Positions 1 through 7,753 of a stretch of DNA of 11,376 nucleotides are shown one piece after another. The position numbers were made by a program, and so were the translations under genes. The notes under the pieces are model-generated. The model was not told the DNA's origin. It worked only from the letters and a program-made list of their open reading frames with translations, and ran no database searches. The DNA is taken from NCBI GenBank assembly GCA_020349685.1, contig CP070698.1, positions 1,559,608 to 1,570,983 of the forward strand. The letters run 5' to 3'. Within the stretch, counting starts at the first letter, position 1; each line of letters begins with the position of its first letter. Origin of the DNA: a bacterium (GTDB lineage Bacteria; BMS3Abin14).

Positions 1-40
1 GATGTGTGTTTAAGATGTCACCGCTGATGGGGTAGTGGCA

Positions 41-196
41 GTGTCTAGTGTCTAGTGTCTAGCGTCCGGTTCTTAGTGTCCGGTGTCTGGTTGATCCGGG
101 GTGAGCTATGCTGATCTTTCTTTTGGTAGGGCAGTTCTGTTAACCAGATTCTAGACTCTATACTCTAGACTCTAGACTCTAGACACTAGACTCTAG
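41..196. repeat. Inverted pair of heptamer tandem arrays, (GTGTCTA)-like x7 and (TAGACTC)-like x7, around a ~45-bp spacer
   Basis: 41-89 reads GTGTCTA GTGTCTA GTGTCTA GCGTCCG GTTCTTA GTGTCCG GTGTCTG. 145-193 reads CAGATTC TAGACTC TATACTC TAGACTC TAGACTC TAGACAC TAGACTC. The inner ends TCTGGTTGA (86-94) and TTAACCAGA (140-148) are complementary at 8/9 positions. Confidence 0.92.
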
Positions 197-198
197 TT

Positions 199-1113
199 TT
201 ATTGTCTTTCCAATTGCCTCATTTCAGCGGCGGTCCGTTCCAGTTCACGCTCCAGTTCCCTTTTCTCCCTGTCAAGATCCCGCTGCTTGTCCTTGACTTT
301 TCGGATCTCATCTTCCAGGGCCCTGGATGGCTCCCCGAGATCCCTTATCTCATAACGCAGGTCGTCAATCTCCACGTTGTAATGGGTGATGGCGCGATCG
401 ATCTCGGTGATCTGGGCGTTCAGCTCGCTAATTCTGTCCTGGGGCGGATCGCTCCTCCGCAGCAATTTATCTCTTGTGTCTAAGAGGTCTTCCCTGTCCG
501 AAAGGAGATCAGACCGCTTGTCCCTCGATTCACCGATCTGCTCCTGAAGATCATCCACATCCCTCTTGATCAAACTCCTTTCCCTTTTGAGCTTTTCCTC
601 CAGGGATCTGAGATCCTTCTCCAGACGGAAGGACTGGACCTTGAGCTCGTTGAGCCCCTCTTGGAGTTCCATTTCCTCCTCTGAGAGAAGCTTCAGCCTC
701 ATCCTGCGCCTCTCCTCCCTGAGAAGCACAATGCGCTCGCGGAACTCTTCCCTCAGCCGCAGGGCTCCTTCCCGATCCAGCTCGATCCTGGTCACCACGC
801 TTCCGATTGCCACCCTGGTGAAACTCTCTCGATCCAGGGGACCGGACCAGAACCTGTCGTTCAGGATCTCATGGGGATAGAACTCGGCGATCTGCCGGCC
901 GGAAGAGTCGATCACGGCAAAGTTCATGTCTGCCGTTATCCCGTCGGCGGAACCGAGCCTCAGCGAGATACTCCTCGACTCAGCGTTGGTGAAATCCACA
1001 ACCAGCTTTTCCGGCCAGGCCGGCCACTGAGCAAGGAGCGGAGAAGGGACAAGGCCTGCGCCAAGCAGGAGAATCATTAAAACATTAGGAAGGTTTAAGG
1101 ATCGGGCTTCCAA
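199..1113 (-). CDS. Hypothetical exported protein: signal peptide, small beta-rich domain and ~190-aa coiled coil
   Basis: 304-aa ORF with a TTG start and GAGG about 9 nt upstream (alternative ATG at 1077). It has a hydrophobic N-terminus ending PLLA/QW and an E/R/K/L-rich heptad pattern from about residue 113 to the end. Confidence 0.85.
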   Translation of the reverse strand: MEARSLNLPNVLMILLLGAGLVPSPLLAQWPAWPEKLVVDFTNAESRSISLRLGSADGITADMNFAVIDSSGRQIAEFYPHEILNDRFWSGPLDRESFTRVAIGSVVTRIELDREGALRLREEFRERIVLLREERRRMRLKLLSEEEMELQEGLNELKVQSFRLEKDLRSLEEKLKRERSLIKRDVDDLQEQIGESRDKRSDLLSDREDLLDTRDKLLRRSDPPQDRISELNAQITEIDRAITHYNVEIDDLRYEIRDLGEPSRALEDEIRKVKDKQRDLDREKRELERELERTAAEMRQLERQ

Positions 1114-1184
1114 ATTATCGTGCCTCGCCTGGAGAGTCTGTCGGCGTTTCCAACCGTGAACGGATCGAGGATCCGCCCTTCGGT

Positions 1185-1254
1185 AACGCGGTGACTGAGC
1201 GACGCGGAGATAAGAAACTCTCTCCGAGTCTCCCCTTCCGGGTGTCTCCGCGTC
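1185..1254. repeat. Inverted pair of degenerate octamer arrays (GACGCGGA / TCCGCGTC family)
   Basis: Left arm is AACGCGGT GACTGAGC GACGCGGA GA (1185-1210). Right arm is TC TCCGAGTC TCCCCTTC CGGGTGTC TCCGCGTC (1221-1254). GACGCGGAGA (1201-1210) and TCTCCGCGTC (1245-1254) form a perfect 10-bp inverted repeat. Confidence 0.65.
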
Positions 1255-1269
1255 CAGTATACCAGACCT

Positions 1270-4200
1270 TCACACTCCCTTGACAGGCTCGGAGCTTTCC
1301 GAAACAGCCCTTTTCTCTCTCCTGGCGCGCATGGAGACTCGTTCGCTCAAAGAGTACAGAACCGGTACCACGATCAGGGTCAGAAGAGTGGCCACCGCCA
1401 GCCCGAAGATGATGGCCACGGCCATGGGACCCCACCAATCGGCCGATTCACCCCCCATCTGGATCCGGAAATTTCTGAAATCGAAGCTCAGACCCACAGC
1501 CATGGGCAAAAGCCCGAGTATGGTGGTTATAGCAGTGAGCATGACCGGCCTGAAACGCACCGTCCCCGCGGTGACCAGTGCATCGGTAAGTTCCATACCC
1601 CGCTTGCGCAGCAGGTTGATGTAATCGATGAGAACGATGGCGTTGTTCACCACGACTCCTGCCAGGGAGATCACGCCGATACCGGTCATGATGACCCCGA
1701 AGGGCATGCCGGTGACCATGAGGCCGAAGAACACGCCCATGAGCGACAGGATGACGGAGGAGATGACGATGAGCGACTGGGCCAGGGAATTGAACTGGGT
1801 CAGCAGGATCATGAAGATGAGAAAGACAGCTACAATAAAAGCCTTGCTCAGGAACGCCGATGACTGGACCTGCTCCTCGTAATCACCGCCGTAGACAATG
1901 GAGTAGCCGGCAGGCAGCTGAAAGTCCGCAAGCTCCCCCTGGATGTCCTCAACGATCTCCAGGGAACTTCTGCTCGAATTGTTTCCGTAGATGCGGATGA
2001 TCCTCGACTGGTCGAGATGCCGGATCGTACCGAAACCGGTCCTCATCTCCAAAGTGGCGACGGACGACAGAGGCACCGGGTCTCCAACGGCCGTGGGGAT
2101 AAGAAGGCTTTCGAGCTGGGACAAAGTTTGACGGTTTCGCTCGGGAAGCCGGGCTATGATGTCATACTCATCCTCCCCCTCTCGATAGTCGCCTATTTTC
2201 CAGCCATTTACCGCGGCCTTTATGGTGTTGGAGATCTCGATGGTGGAAAGGCCCAGGAGGGTGGCCTTTTCACGGTCCACATGAAAGGCGATCTCCGGCT
2301 TGGCGCGGGACAGGTCATCCTCGACATCGACAAGTCCTTCGATACCGACAATGCGTTTTTTGACCAATTCGACGATTTCCTCGAGGATGTCCACGTCCTC
2401 ACCGATAACCTTGACAACGACGGGAGCTTCCACGGGCGGCCCCATGCGTTCCTTTTCAACGTTGATGTCGGCCCCGGTAATGTTGACCAGCGCTGCCCGG
2501 ATCCTGTCGAGAACGGCACGCGAACTCTCCTTGCGCTCCTCCCTGTCCACGAACTCCATGGATACGGAGGCGCGCCTCGATTCAGGGGCGCTGCCCCAGC
2601 CCGACCCCACACCGACTTCACCGGTAACGTATCTGAGATCCCTCTCCGTAAAAATGATGGATTCCACTTCCCTCGTAATGGCATCGGTGGTTTCCAGATT
2701 GGTCCCCTGGGGGGCTTTAATGGCCACAACGGCCCGGTTGGGATCGATATCCGGAAAGAGCTCAACCCTGGGATCGAAGACAAAGAAATACAGGATGAAG
2801 TTGGCTATGAGAAGAAAGACTGCTGTTCCGATCGTCAGCGCGCGGTATCGAAGCGCCCGTGCCAGAAGCCATCGATATCCTCTGATAAGAACAGGATCCT
2901 CTTCCTCTTCCCTTTCTTTTTTCTTCATGGAGGCGCTCAGATAGCTGGAACACACCACCGGGTTGATGACAAGGGCGACAAAGAGGGATGCCGAAAGAAC
3001 GATAATGAGGGTCATGGGCAGGAACGCCATGAACTCTCCCATGATATCGGGCCAGAAGAGCAGGGGACCGAAGGCGCAAAGGGTCGTCACCGTGGAAGCG
3101 ATAATGGGCCATCCCACCTCGGCGGCAGCTACCTTCGCAGCTTCAACCTTGCTCTTGCCCTCCTCCAGGTGGCGGTACGTGTTCTCCACGATGACGATGG
3201 CGTTATCCACAAGCATGCCCAGGGCGATGATGAGGGAAAAGAGGACCACCATGTTAAGGGTGATGCCCATGATCTGGAGCACGACGAAGGAGATAAGCAT
3301 GGAAAAGGGAATGGCGAGGGCGACGAAAAGCGCGCTCCTGACCCCCAGGAACAGGAACAGCACGGTAAGCACGAGCACCAGCCCCGTCAGGATGCTGTTT
3401 TCAAGCTCGGCCACCATCAGCCTGATGTCCTTGGATTTATCCAGGGTGACCGTAAACCCCACTGAGTGCGGAAGGCTGGCTCTGGCCCCTTCGAGCATGG
3501 CAAAGACCTGATCGGCGACGCGGATGATATTCTCACCTGTGCGCTTTTTGACTGAAAGCGATATGCTGGTCTGATCGTTCATCCGCGCGTGGCTTATGGG
3601 ATCCTCGAAAGTGTCCCTGATGGTGGCCACATCCTTGAGGTAGATAGGGCGGCCTTCGCGCGCTACGAGGACCAGATTGTCGATGTCCGAAGGATCGGTA
3701 AACTCGCCGGGAATGCGGAGCATATACTTGCCCTGGCCGAGGTCGATGCTGCCCCCGGGAACGTTGACGTTCTCGCGCTGGACGAGGGAGAGGATCTCCG
3801 TGAAGCTGAGTTTGTACGCGGCCATGCGGACCGGGTCGAACTCCACCCGGATCTCCCTTTCCCTGGCCCCGATGACATCGACTTCAAGGACACCGGGAAA
3901 CTGCTCGATGCGGTCTTCGAGCTCCTCCGCCACCTTTTTGAGGACCTGCTCGCTCACCTGTCCCGATATGGCGACCATCAGGATGGGGAATTCGGATATG
4001 TTGATCTCCAGGACGACCGGGTCGTTTTCAAGATCCCCGGGGAGATCCCCCTTGGCCTCATCCACCTTGTCGCGCACCCTCTGGAGGGCATCGTCGATGA
4101 TCACGTCCGCTTCGAACTCGACCTCGATCATGGAGGCGCCTTCGGTGCTTATGGAGCGGACCTCGCTGACATTTTTTACGGACCTGAGCTTCCGCTCCAG

Positions 4201-4398
4201 CGGCAGGGTAATGAGGTTCTCCACATCTTCCGATGCCGCCCCCTCGTATGTTGTCTGGACCATGATGATGGGGATGGTGATGTCGGGTTCCGATTCCCTT
4301 GGAAGGGTCACGTAGGAGAACAGTCCGGCAATGAAGATGATGATCATGAATGCGAAGACAGTGCTTCTTCGCGATATGGCTGCGTCAGTAAGTAGCAT
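1270..4398 (-). CDS. RND efflux transporter permease subunit (AcrB/AcrD/AcrF family)
   Basis: 1042 aa with the typical RND layout of TM1, large periplasmic domain and TM bundle, repeated twice. Motifs include LPRESEPDITIP, GMLVDNAIVIVEN, GVVVNNAIVLID, RFRPVMLTAITTILGLLPMA and MAVAIIFGLAVATLLTLIVVPVLY. Confidence 0.97.
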   Translation of the reverse strand: MLLTDAAISRRSTVFAFMIIIFIAGLFSYVTLPRESEPDITIPIIMVQTTYEGAASEDVENLITLPLERKLRSVKNVSEVRSISTEGASMIEVEFEADVIIDDALQRVRDKVDEAKGDLPGDLENDPVVLEINISEFPILMVAISGQVSEQVLKKVAEELEDRIEQFPGVLEVDVIGAREREIRVEFDPVRMAAYKLSFTEILSLVQRENVNVPGGSIDLGQGKYMLRIPGEFTDPSDIDNLVLVAREGRPIYLKDVATIRDTFEDPISHARMNDQTSISLSVKKRTGENIIRVADQVFAMLEGARASLPHSVGFTVTLDKSKDIRLMVAELENSILTGLVLVLTVLFLFLGVRSALFVALAIPFSMLISFVVLQIMGITLNMVVLFSLIIALGMLVDNAIVIVENTYRHLEEGKSKVEAAKVAAAEVGWPIIASTVTTLCAFGPLLFWPDIMGEFMAFLPMTLIIVLSASLFVALVINPVVCSSYLSASMKKKEREEEEDPVLIRGYRWLLARALRYRALTIGTAVFLLIANFILYFFVFDPRVELFPDIDPNRAVVAIKAPQGTNLETTDAITREVESIIFTERDLRYVTGEVGVGSGWGSAPESRRASVSMEFVDREERKESSRAVLDRIRAALVNITGADINVEKERMGPPVEAPVVVKVIGEDVDILEEIVELVKKRIVGIEGLVDVEDDLSRAKPEIAFHVDREKATLLGLSTIEISNTIKAAVNGWKIGDYREGEDEYDIIARLPERNRQTLSQLESLLIPTAVGDPVPLSSVATLEMRTGFGTIRHLDQSRIIRIYGNNSSRSSLEIVEDIQGELADFQLPAGYSIVYGGDYEEQVQSSAFLSKAFIVAVFLIFMILLTQFNSLAQSLIVISSVILSLMGVFFGLMVTGMPFGVIMTGIGVISLAGVVVNNAIVLIDYINLLRKRGMELTDALVTAGTVRFRPVMLTAITTILGLLPMAVGLSFDFRNFRIQMGGESADWWGPMAVAIIFGLAVATLLTLIVVPVLYSLSERVSMRARREKRAVSESSEPVKGV

Positions 4399-5551
4399 TT
4401 TCCGATCCCTCTCCCTTGGCCGGTTTTGAGTCTTCCACCACCTTGACGGGGCCCCCGTCAGCGACCAGCTGCTGTCCCTTGATCACGAGATGCTCGCCCT
4501 CCTGGATGCCTCCGTAGACAACCACCTTCCCGTTGATTATGGGACCCAGACGTACCTGGCGTCTCACCGCTGAATCGTGCTCGACCACGAAAACGTATTT
4601 CTGTCCGTCCCTGTCGATGACGGCATAAAGAGGCACAACCATGGCATTCTTTATGACCCGGCGCACAAAACGGACCCGGACGATCATGCCGGGCCTCAGA
4701 AACCCGTCGCGGTTGTCGATCTGGACCTTGGACCGGTAAGTGCGGGTCGTTTCATTGGCCAGGTAGCTGACATGGATGATCCTGCCGGGACGCCCTATTT
4801 CCCCGCCACCGTTGACATCGGCCGGGAGCACGACGACACTCTGACCCGTCTTTGTGAAAGGCACGTCCTTCTCAGGCACATCGACCAGAACCTTCAGTTT
4901 GTCGATCCTGACGATCACCGCCGCAGGAGTTCCGGCGTTTCCATATTCGCCGCGATCGACATGAAGCCTGTCCAAAATACCGTTAATGGGGCTGACAAGG
5001 GTGCTTTTTTCGAGAGCGATCCTGGTCTCGGTCAGGCTTGTGTTGGCCGACTGGAACGCCTGGTAGACCTCGTCCCTTTCCCTTTCACTGATGAGCTGTT
5101 CCTTGAGAAGGGAATCGGCCCTTTCCATCTGCTTCTTCCGGATATTGTAATCGGATTCATTGCGGGCATGCTGGGCCAGGAGAGCCTCCTTATCGATCCT
5201 GAGGATCTCGGCGCCGGCCCTGAGCCGCTCACCTTCTCTGGGACCGATCCAGACGATGGGTCCAGGCTGCTCCAGGGAAAGGGTGATCTCCTCCCATGCT
5301 TCCAGAGTTCCCGGCAGGGTGAAGGTCTCCTCCACGTCCTGCGGCTCGAGGATCTGAACAGCCACGTTCACCGCTTTCTTTTCCTCCTCGACCGCCTGTT
5401 CCTCCAGGGTCTGGGGCTCGGTTGCCACCTGATTTTCAGAACCGTTTCGTAAAACGATGCCGGCAACAACCAGAACAACAACCAGGACAAGGACTGCTAT
5501 CAGGATTGACTTTCGTTTACCTTTGATCATCGGACTGACCTTTCCGTTCAC
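4385..5551 (-). CDS. RND efflux periplasmic adaptor (membrane fusion protein)
   Basis: 388 aa with an N-terminal TM anchor (ILIAVLVLVVVLVVAGIVL), lipoyl/hairpin segments (LVSPINGIL) and motifs LRPGMIVRV, VVPLYAV, GIQEGEHLVIKGQ. The GTG start overlaps the TolC stop (GTGA), with an alternative ATG at 5530. The stop overlaps the permease start by 14 bp. Confidence 0.96.
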   Translation of the reverse strand: MNGKVSPMIKGKRKSILIAVLVLVVVLVVAGIVLRNGSENQVATEPQTLEEQAVEEEKKAVNVAVQILEPQDVEETFTLPGTLEAWEEITLSLEQPGPIVWIGPREGERLRAGAEILRIDKEALLAQHARNESDYNIRKKQMERADSLLKEQLISERERDEVYQAFQSANTSLTETRIALEKSTLVSPINGILDRLHVDRGEYGNAGTPAAVIVRIDKLKVLVDVPEKDVPFTKTGQSVVVLPADVNGGGEIGRPGRIIHVSYLANETTRTYRSKVQIDNRDGFLRPGMIVRVRFVRRVIKNAMVVPLYAVIDRDGQKYVFVVEHDSAVRRQVRLGPIINGKVVVYGGIQEGEHLVIKGQQLVADGGPVKVVEDSKPAKGEGSENATY

Positions 5552-6867
5552 TTCCCCGGTCCAAAGGCGTTCAGATCGAGGACTCCAATGGAATACAGGA
5601 GGGCGGCCCTGGCCGTCCTCGTATCGTATTTATAATTGACCTCAAGGTTCTCGGCCTCGGCGAGATCTTCCTCGGCATCGAGAACTTCGAGGCTGCTGGC
5701 CGCCCCCAGATCGAACCTGGTTTTGGCCAGCCTGTGGTTCTCAATTGCGGTGAGCAGGTTGTCCGCCACAAGCTGTTCCTGCGCCTTGCGGGTTCTGACC
5801 GTCAGCCAGGCCTCCTCTACCTTGAGGGTGACCGCGTCCAATTGACTCCCGTACAATTCCTCCGACTGGCGGACCCTGGAAAGAGATTCCCTGGTCTGCA
5901 GCCGAACGAGGCCTCCCTGAAAGAAAGGCCATGAGAAGTTTATGCCGATCTGGGTCTCCGGAGCGAAAAGGTCATCATCCGAATACTGGGTGAAGGATCC
6001 GGTGATATCCACATCCGGGTGGCCGTTTCTGCGTGTCAACTCGGCCTGTTCTTCGGAGATCCTGATCAGTTCGCGGCCTTGGGCCAGATCAGGGCGGTCC
6101 TTGATCGCCTTTTCGATGAGGTTCTCAAGAGGCAGGTCCTCATACAGGTTAACGACCTCCGGCACCTCTACACGAAGGTTCGCAGCCGTTCCGATGAGAT
6201 TGGAGAGCCTTTTTCTGGCTAGAGCCACCGTCTTTTCAGCCTCCACCTGCTCCAGCTGAACGGAGGAGAGAGCCACCTGTGCAGCCAGGACGCTGTTGCG
6301 CGGCATGTCCCCAAGGTCCACCCGCGCCTGGGCCTGACGCAGCTGCTCCGTGACCCGCTCCACCCTCTTTTTGCTCACTTTGAGAAGGTCTTCCGCGGTG
6401 AGAAGCTCATTGGATCTCGCGATAAGGTCCATGAGAACGCTCTGACGGGCGAACTCGAGGCCCCACCGGGCCGCGTTGAGGGTGTATCGGGCACCACGCC
6501 TGGCCACCCAGACCCTGCCGCCGTTATAGAGTGTCTGGTCGAGCTTGAACCCCCAGCTGCTACCATCGCTCCGGGTGCCGTCCTGGTAGGTGATATCCGA
6601 GTACCCCGCGTTGGCGGTCAACTGCGGAAAGAGGACCGTAACCGCCTGTTTTTGAAGCAATTCACCCTGCTGAACCTCTTCGGCGGCGCTCCGGATATCG
6701 TGATTGGACTCGAGTGCCTTCTCATAAGCCTGATGGAGAGAGAGGTCGAGAACCTCCGACGCGTGAGAACCGGAAGGGGTCAGGACGGTCATGCACAGGT
6801 ACATGAGGAACAGGATCATTGAACCATGAGAACATCTGTCAATCCGGTTTCCTATTGTAAAAACCAT
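5548..6867 (-). CDS. TolC-family outer membrane efflux protein
   Basis: Two OEP repeats (LSLHQAYEKALESNHDI...FPQLTANAGY; AIKDRPDL...; RFDLGAASSLEVLDAEEDL). The start is reassigned from 6948 to the ATG at 6867, which has GGAGG 8 nt upstream and lies 4 bp after the tetR stop. Signal peptide ends SHA/SE. Confidence 0.93.
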   Translation of the reverse strand: MVFTIGNRIDRCSHGSMILFLMYLCMTVLTPSGSHASEVLDLSLHQAYEKALESNHDIRSAAEEVQQGELLQKQAVTVLFPQLTANAGYSDITYQDGTRSDGSSWGFKLDQTLYNGGRVWVARRGARYTLNAARWGLEFARQSVLMDLIARSNELLTAEDLLKVSKKRVERVTEQLRQAQARVDLGDMPRNSVLAAQVALSSVQLEQVEAEKTVALARKRLSNLIGTAANLRVEVPEVVNLYEDLPLENLIEKAIKDRPDLAQGRELIRISEEQAELTRRNGHPDVDITGSFTQYSDDDLFAPETQIGINFSWPFFQGGLVRLQTRESLSRVRQSEELYGSQLDAVTLKVEEAWLTVRTRKAQEQLVADNLLTAIENHRLAKTRFDLGAASSLEVLDAEEDLAEAENLEVNYKYDTRTARAALLYSIGVLDLNAFGPGK

Positions 6868-6871
6868 TCGA

Positions 6872-7483
6872 TCAACCTCCAGAATGCTCGTGACATGCTG
6901 CTTCGGACGTTTCATCGGCAGCAAGGCTCCTCCGGCAGAACTCCACAAGTTCGGCGTCCAGGTCGGGCACTTCTAGGAGACCTTCCGTTTCGATGTGGAA
7001 TTTTCCGACAAGGAGGAAGTGGACCAGAAACGCCGTTACCTGGGCGGGAACCGGGCGGATACTGCCATCTTGCTTGCCCTTCTCGATGCACTGGGACTTC
7101 ACCTCTATGACCTGGTTCAGGAGACCGCAGAAGTGCTCCTGGATCTCGCCTTCTATTCGGGACAAGTCCCTCGTCTCCCTGAAAACCACGGTAATGGCAT
7201 CCTGATGTTCCTTTTTAAAATCCTGGTTGAATTGAAGAACCCTTTCCAGAGCGTCCCAGCCGGATCCCGGTCCGCGGGCTGCTTCCTTGATGCCGCTGAT
7301 GTAGGACCGGACAAGCTCGTCGCATATGGAAATGAGGAGGTTTTCCTTGCTCTTGAAGTGGTGGAATACGGTACCTTGCGCGACAATGGCCCTGGCCGCT
7401 ATCTCCGAAACAGCGACGCCCTTGTATCCCTTGGATGCAAAGAGTTGGGTGGCCGCCTGCAGTATGGCCTCTTTTTTGGTCAT
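6872..7483 (-). CDS. TetR/AcrR-family transcriptional regulator
   Basis: 203 aa with the N-terminal HTH signature KKEAILQAATQLFASKGYKGVAVSEIAARAIVAQGTVFHHFKSKENLL. It is the first gene of the efflux operon. Confidence 0.97.
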   Translation of the reverse strand: MTKKEAILQAATQLFASKGYKGVAVSEIAARAIVAQGTVFHHFKSKENLLISICDELVRSYISGIKEAARGPGSGWDALERVLQFNQDFKKEHQDAITVVFRETRDLSRIEGEIQEHFCGLLNQVIEVKSQCIEKGKQDGSIRPVPAQVTAFLVHFLLVGKFHIETEGLLEVPDLDAELVEFCRRSLAADETSEAACHEHSGG

Positions 7484-7525
7484 GGAAGACTGCCTTTCTC
7501 TGATTGAACCTTCTGGCTCACACTG

Positions 7526-7547
7526 ACCGACTGACTAATCAGTCGGT
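7526..7547. promoter_or_regulatory. Putative TetR operator palindrome ACCGACTGA-CTAA-TCAGTCGGT
   Basis: Perfect 9-bp inverted repeat with a 4-bp spacer, lying 2 bp downstream of the predicted -10 box and about 40 bp upstream of the tetR start. Confidence 0.8.
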
Positions 7548-7549
7548 AA

Positions 7550-7577
7550 AATATACACCTGTGAAATTTTATGTCAA
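7550..7577 (-). promoter_or_regulatory. Sigma70-type promoter for the tetR-efflux operon
   Basis: Minus strand reads TTGACA (7577-7572), 16 bp, TATATT (7555-7550). The -35 box is a consensus match. Confidence 0.75.
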
Positions 7578-7589
7578 GGGTGAAAAAAC

Positions 7590-7669
7590 AGTTTCCAGTT
7601 CTGGTTCTGGTTCCAGCAAAAAGCTGTTGCCGCTCTCTTGCTAGACACTAGGACCAGACACTAGACACT
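7590..7669. repeat. Inverted pair of 6/7-mer arrays (TAGACAC family)
   Basis: Left arm is A GTTTCCA GTTCTG GTTCTG GTTCCA GCAA (7590-7619). Right arm is TTGC TAGACAC TAGGAC CAGACAC TAGACAC T (7638-7669). TAGACAC is the reverse complement of the GTGTCTA unit at 41-61. Confidence 0.8.
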
Positions 7670-7753
7670 TCTTTAGCGTGCCCCTATGCCTTTTAACCTC
7701 ACTTTGCTAATCTGTTGCGTAATATTTTCCGATTTTCGATCAAGGAGGCAGCA

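Noticed and set aside
41-196. CRISPR-like or guide-RNA array interpretation of the repeats
   Set aside because: The units are 7-9 nt and contiguous, with no regular unique spacers, and there is no cas or nuclease gene in the window.
1115-1438. 107-aa minus-strand ORF spanning the permease end and the intergenic gap
   Set aside because: It overlaps the permease out of frame, runs through the octamer repeat and has a non-protein-like composition.
2017-3465. 482-aa plus-strand ORF (also 3589-4395 and 4577-5452)
   Set aside because: These are codon-in-register antisense shadows of the RND permease and MFP genes. They are explained by the scarcity of TTA/CTA/TCA codons in GC-rich genes and show no recognisable protein features.
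6868-6948. N-terminal extension of the TolC ORF to 6948
   Set aside because: It overlaps tetR by 77 bp. The ATG at 6867 has a strong GGAGG site and gives a sensible signal peptide.
7715-7753. TTG start for speE at 7715
   Set aside because: The ATG at 7754 has AAGGAGG at normal spacing and fits the family length.
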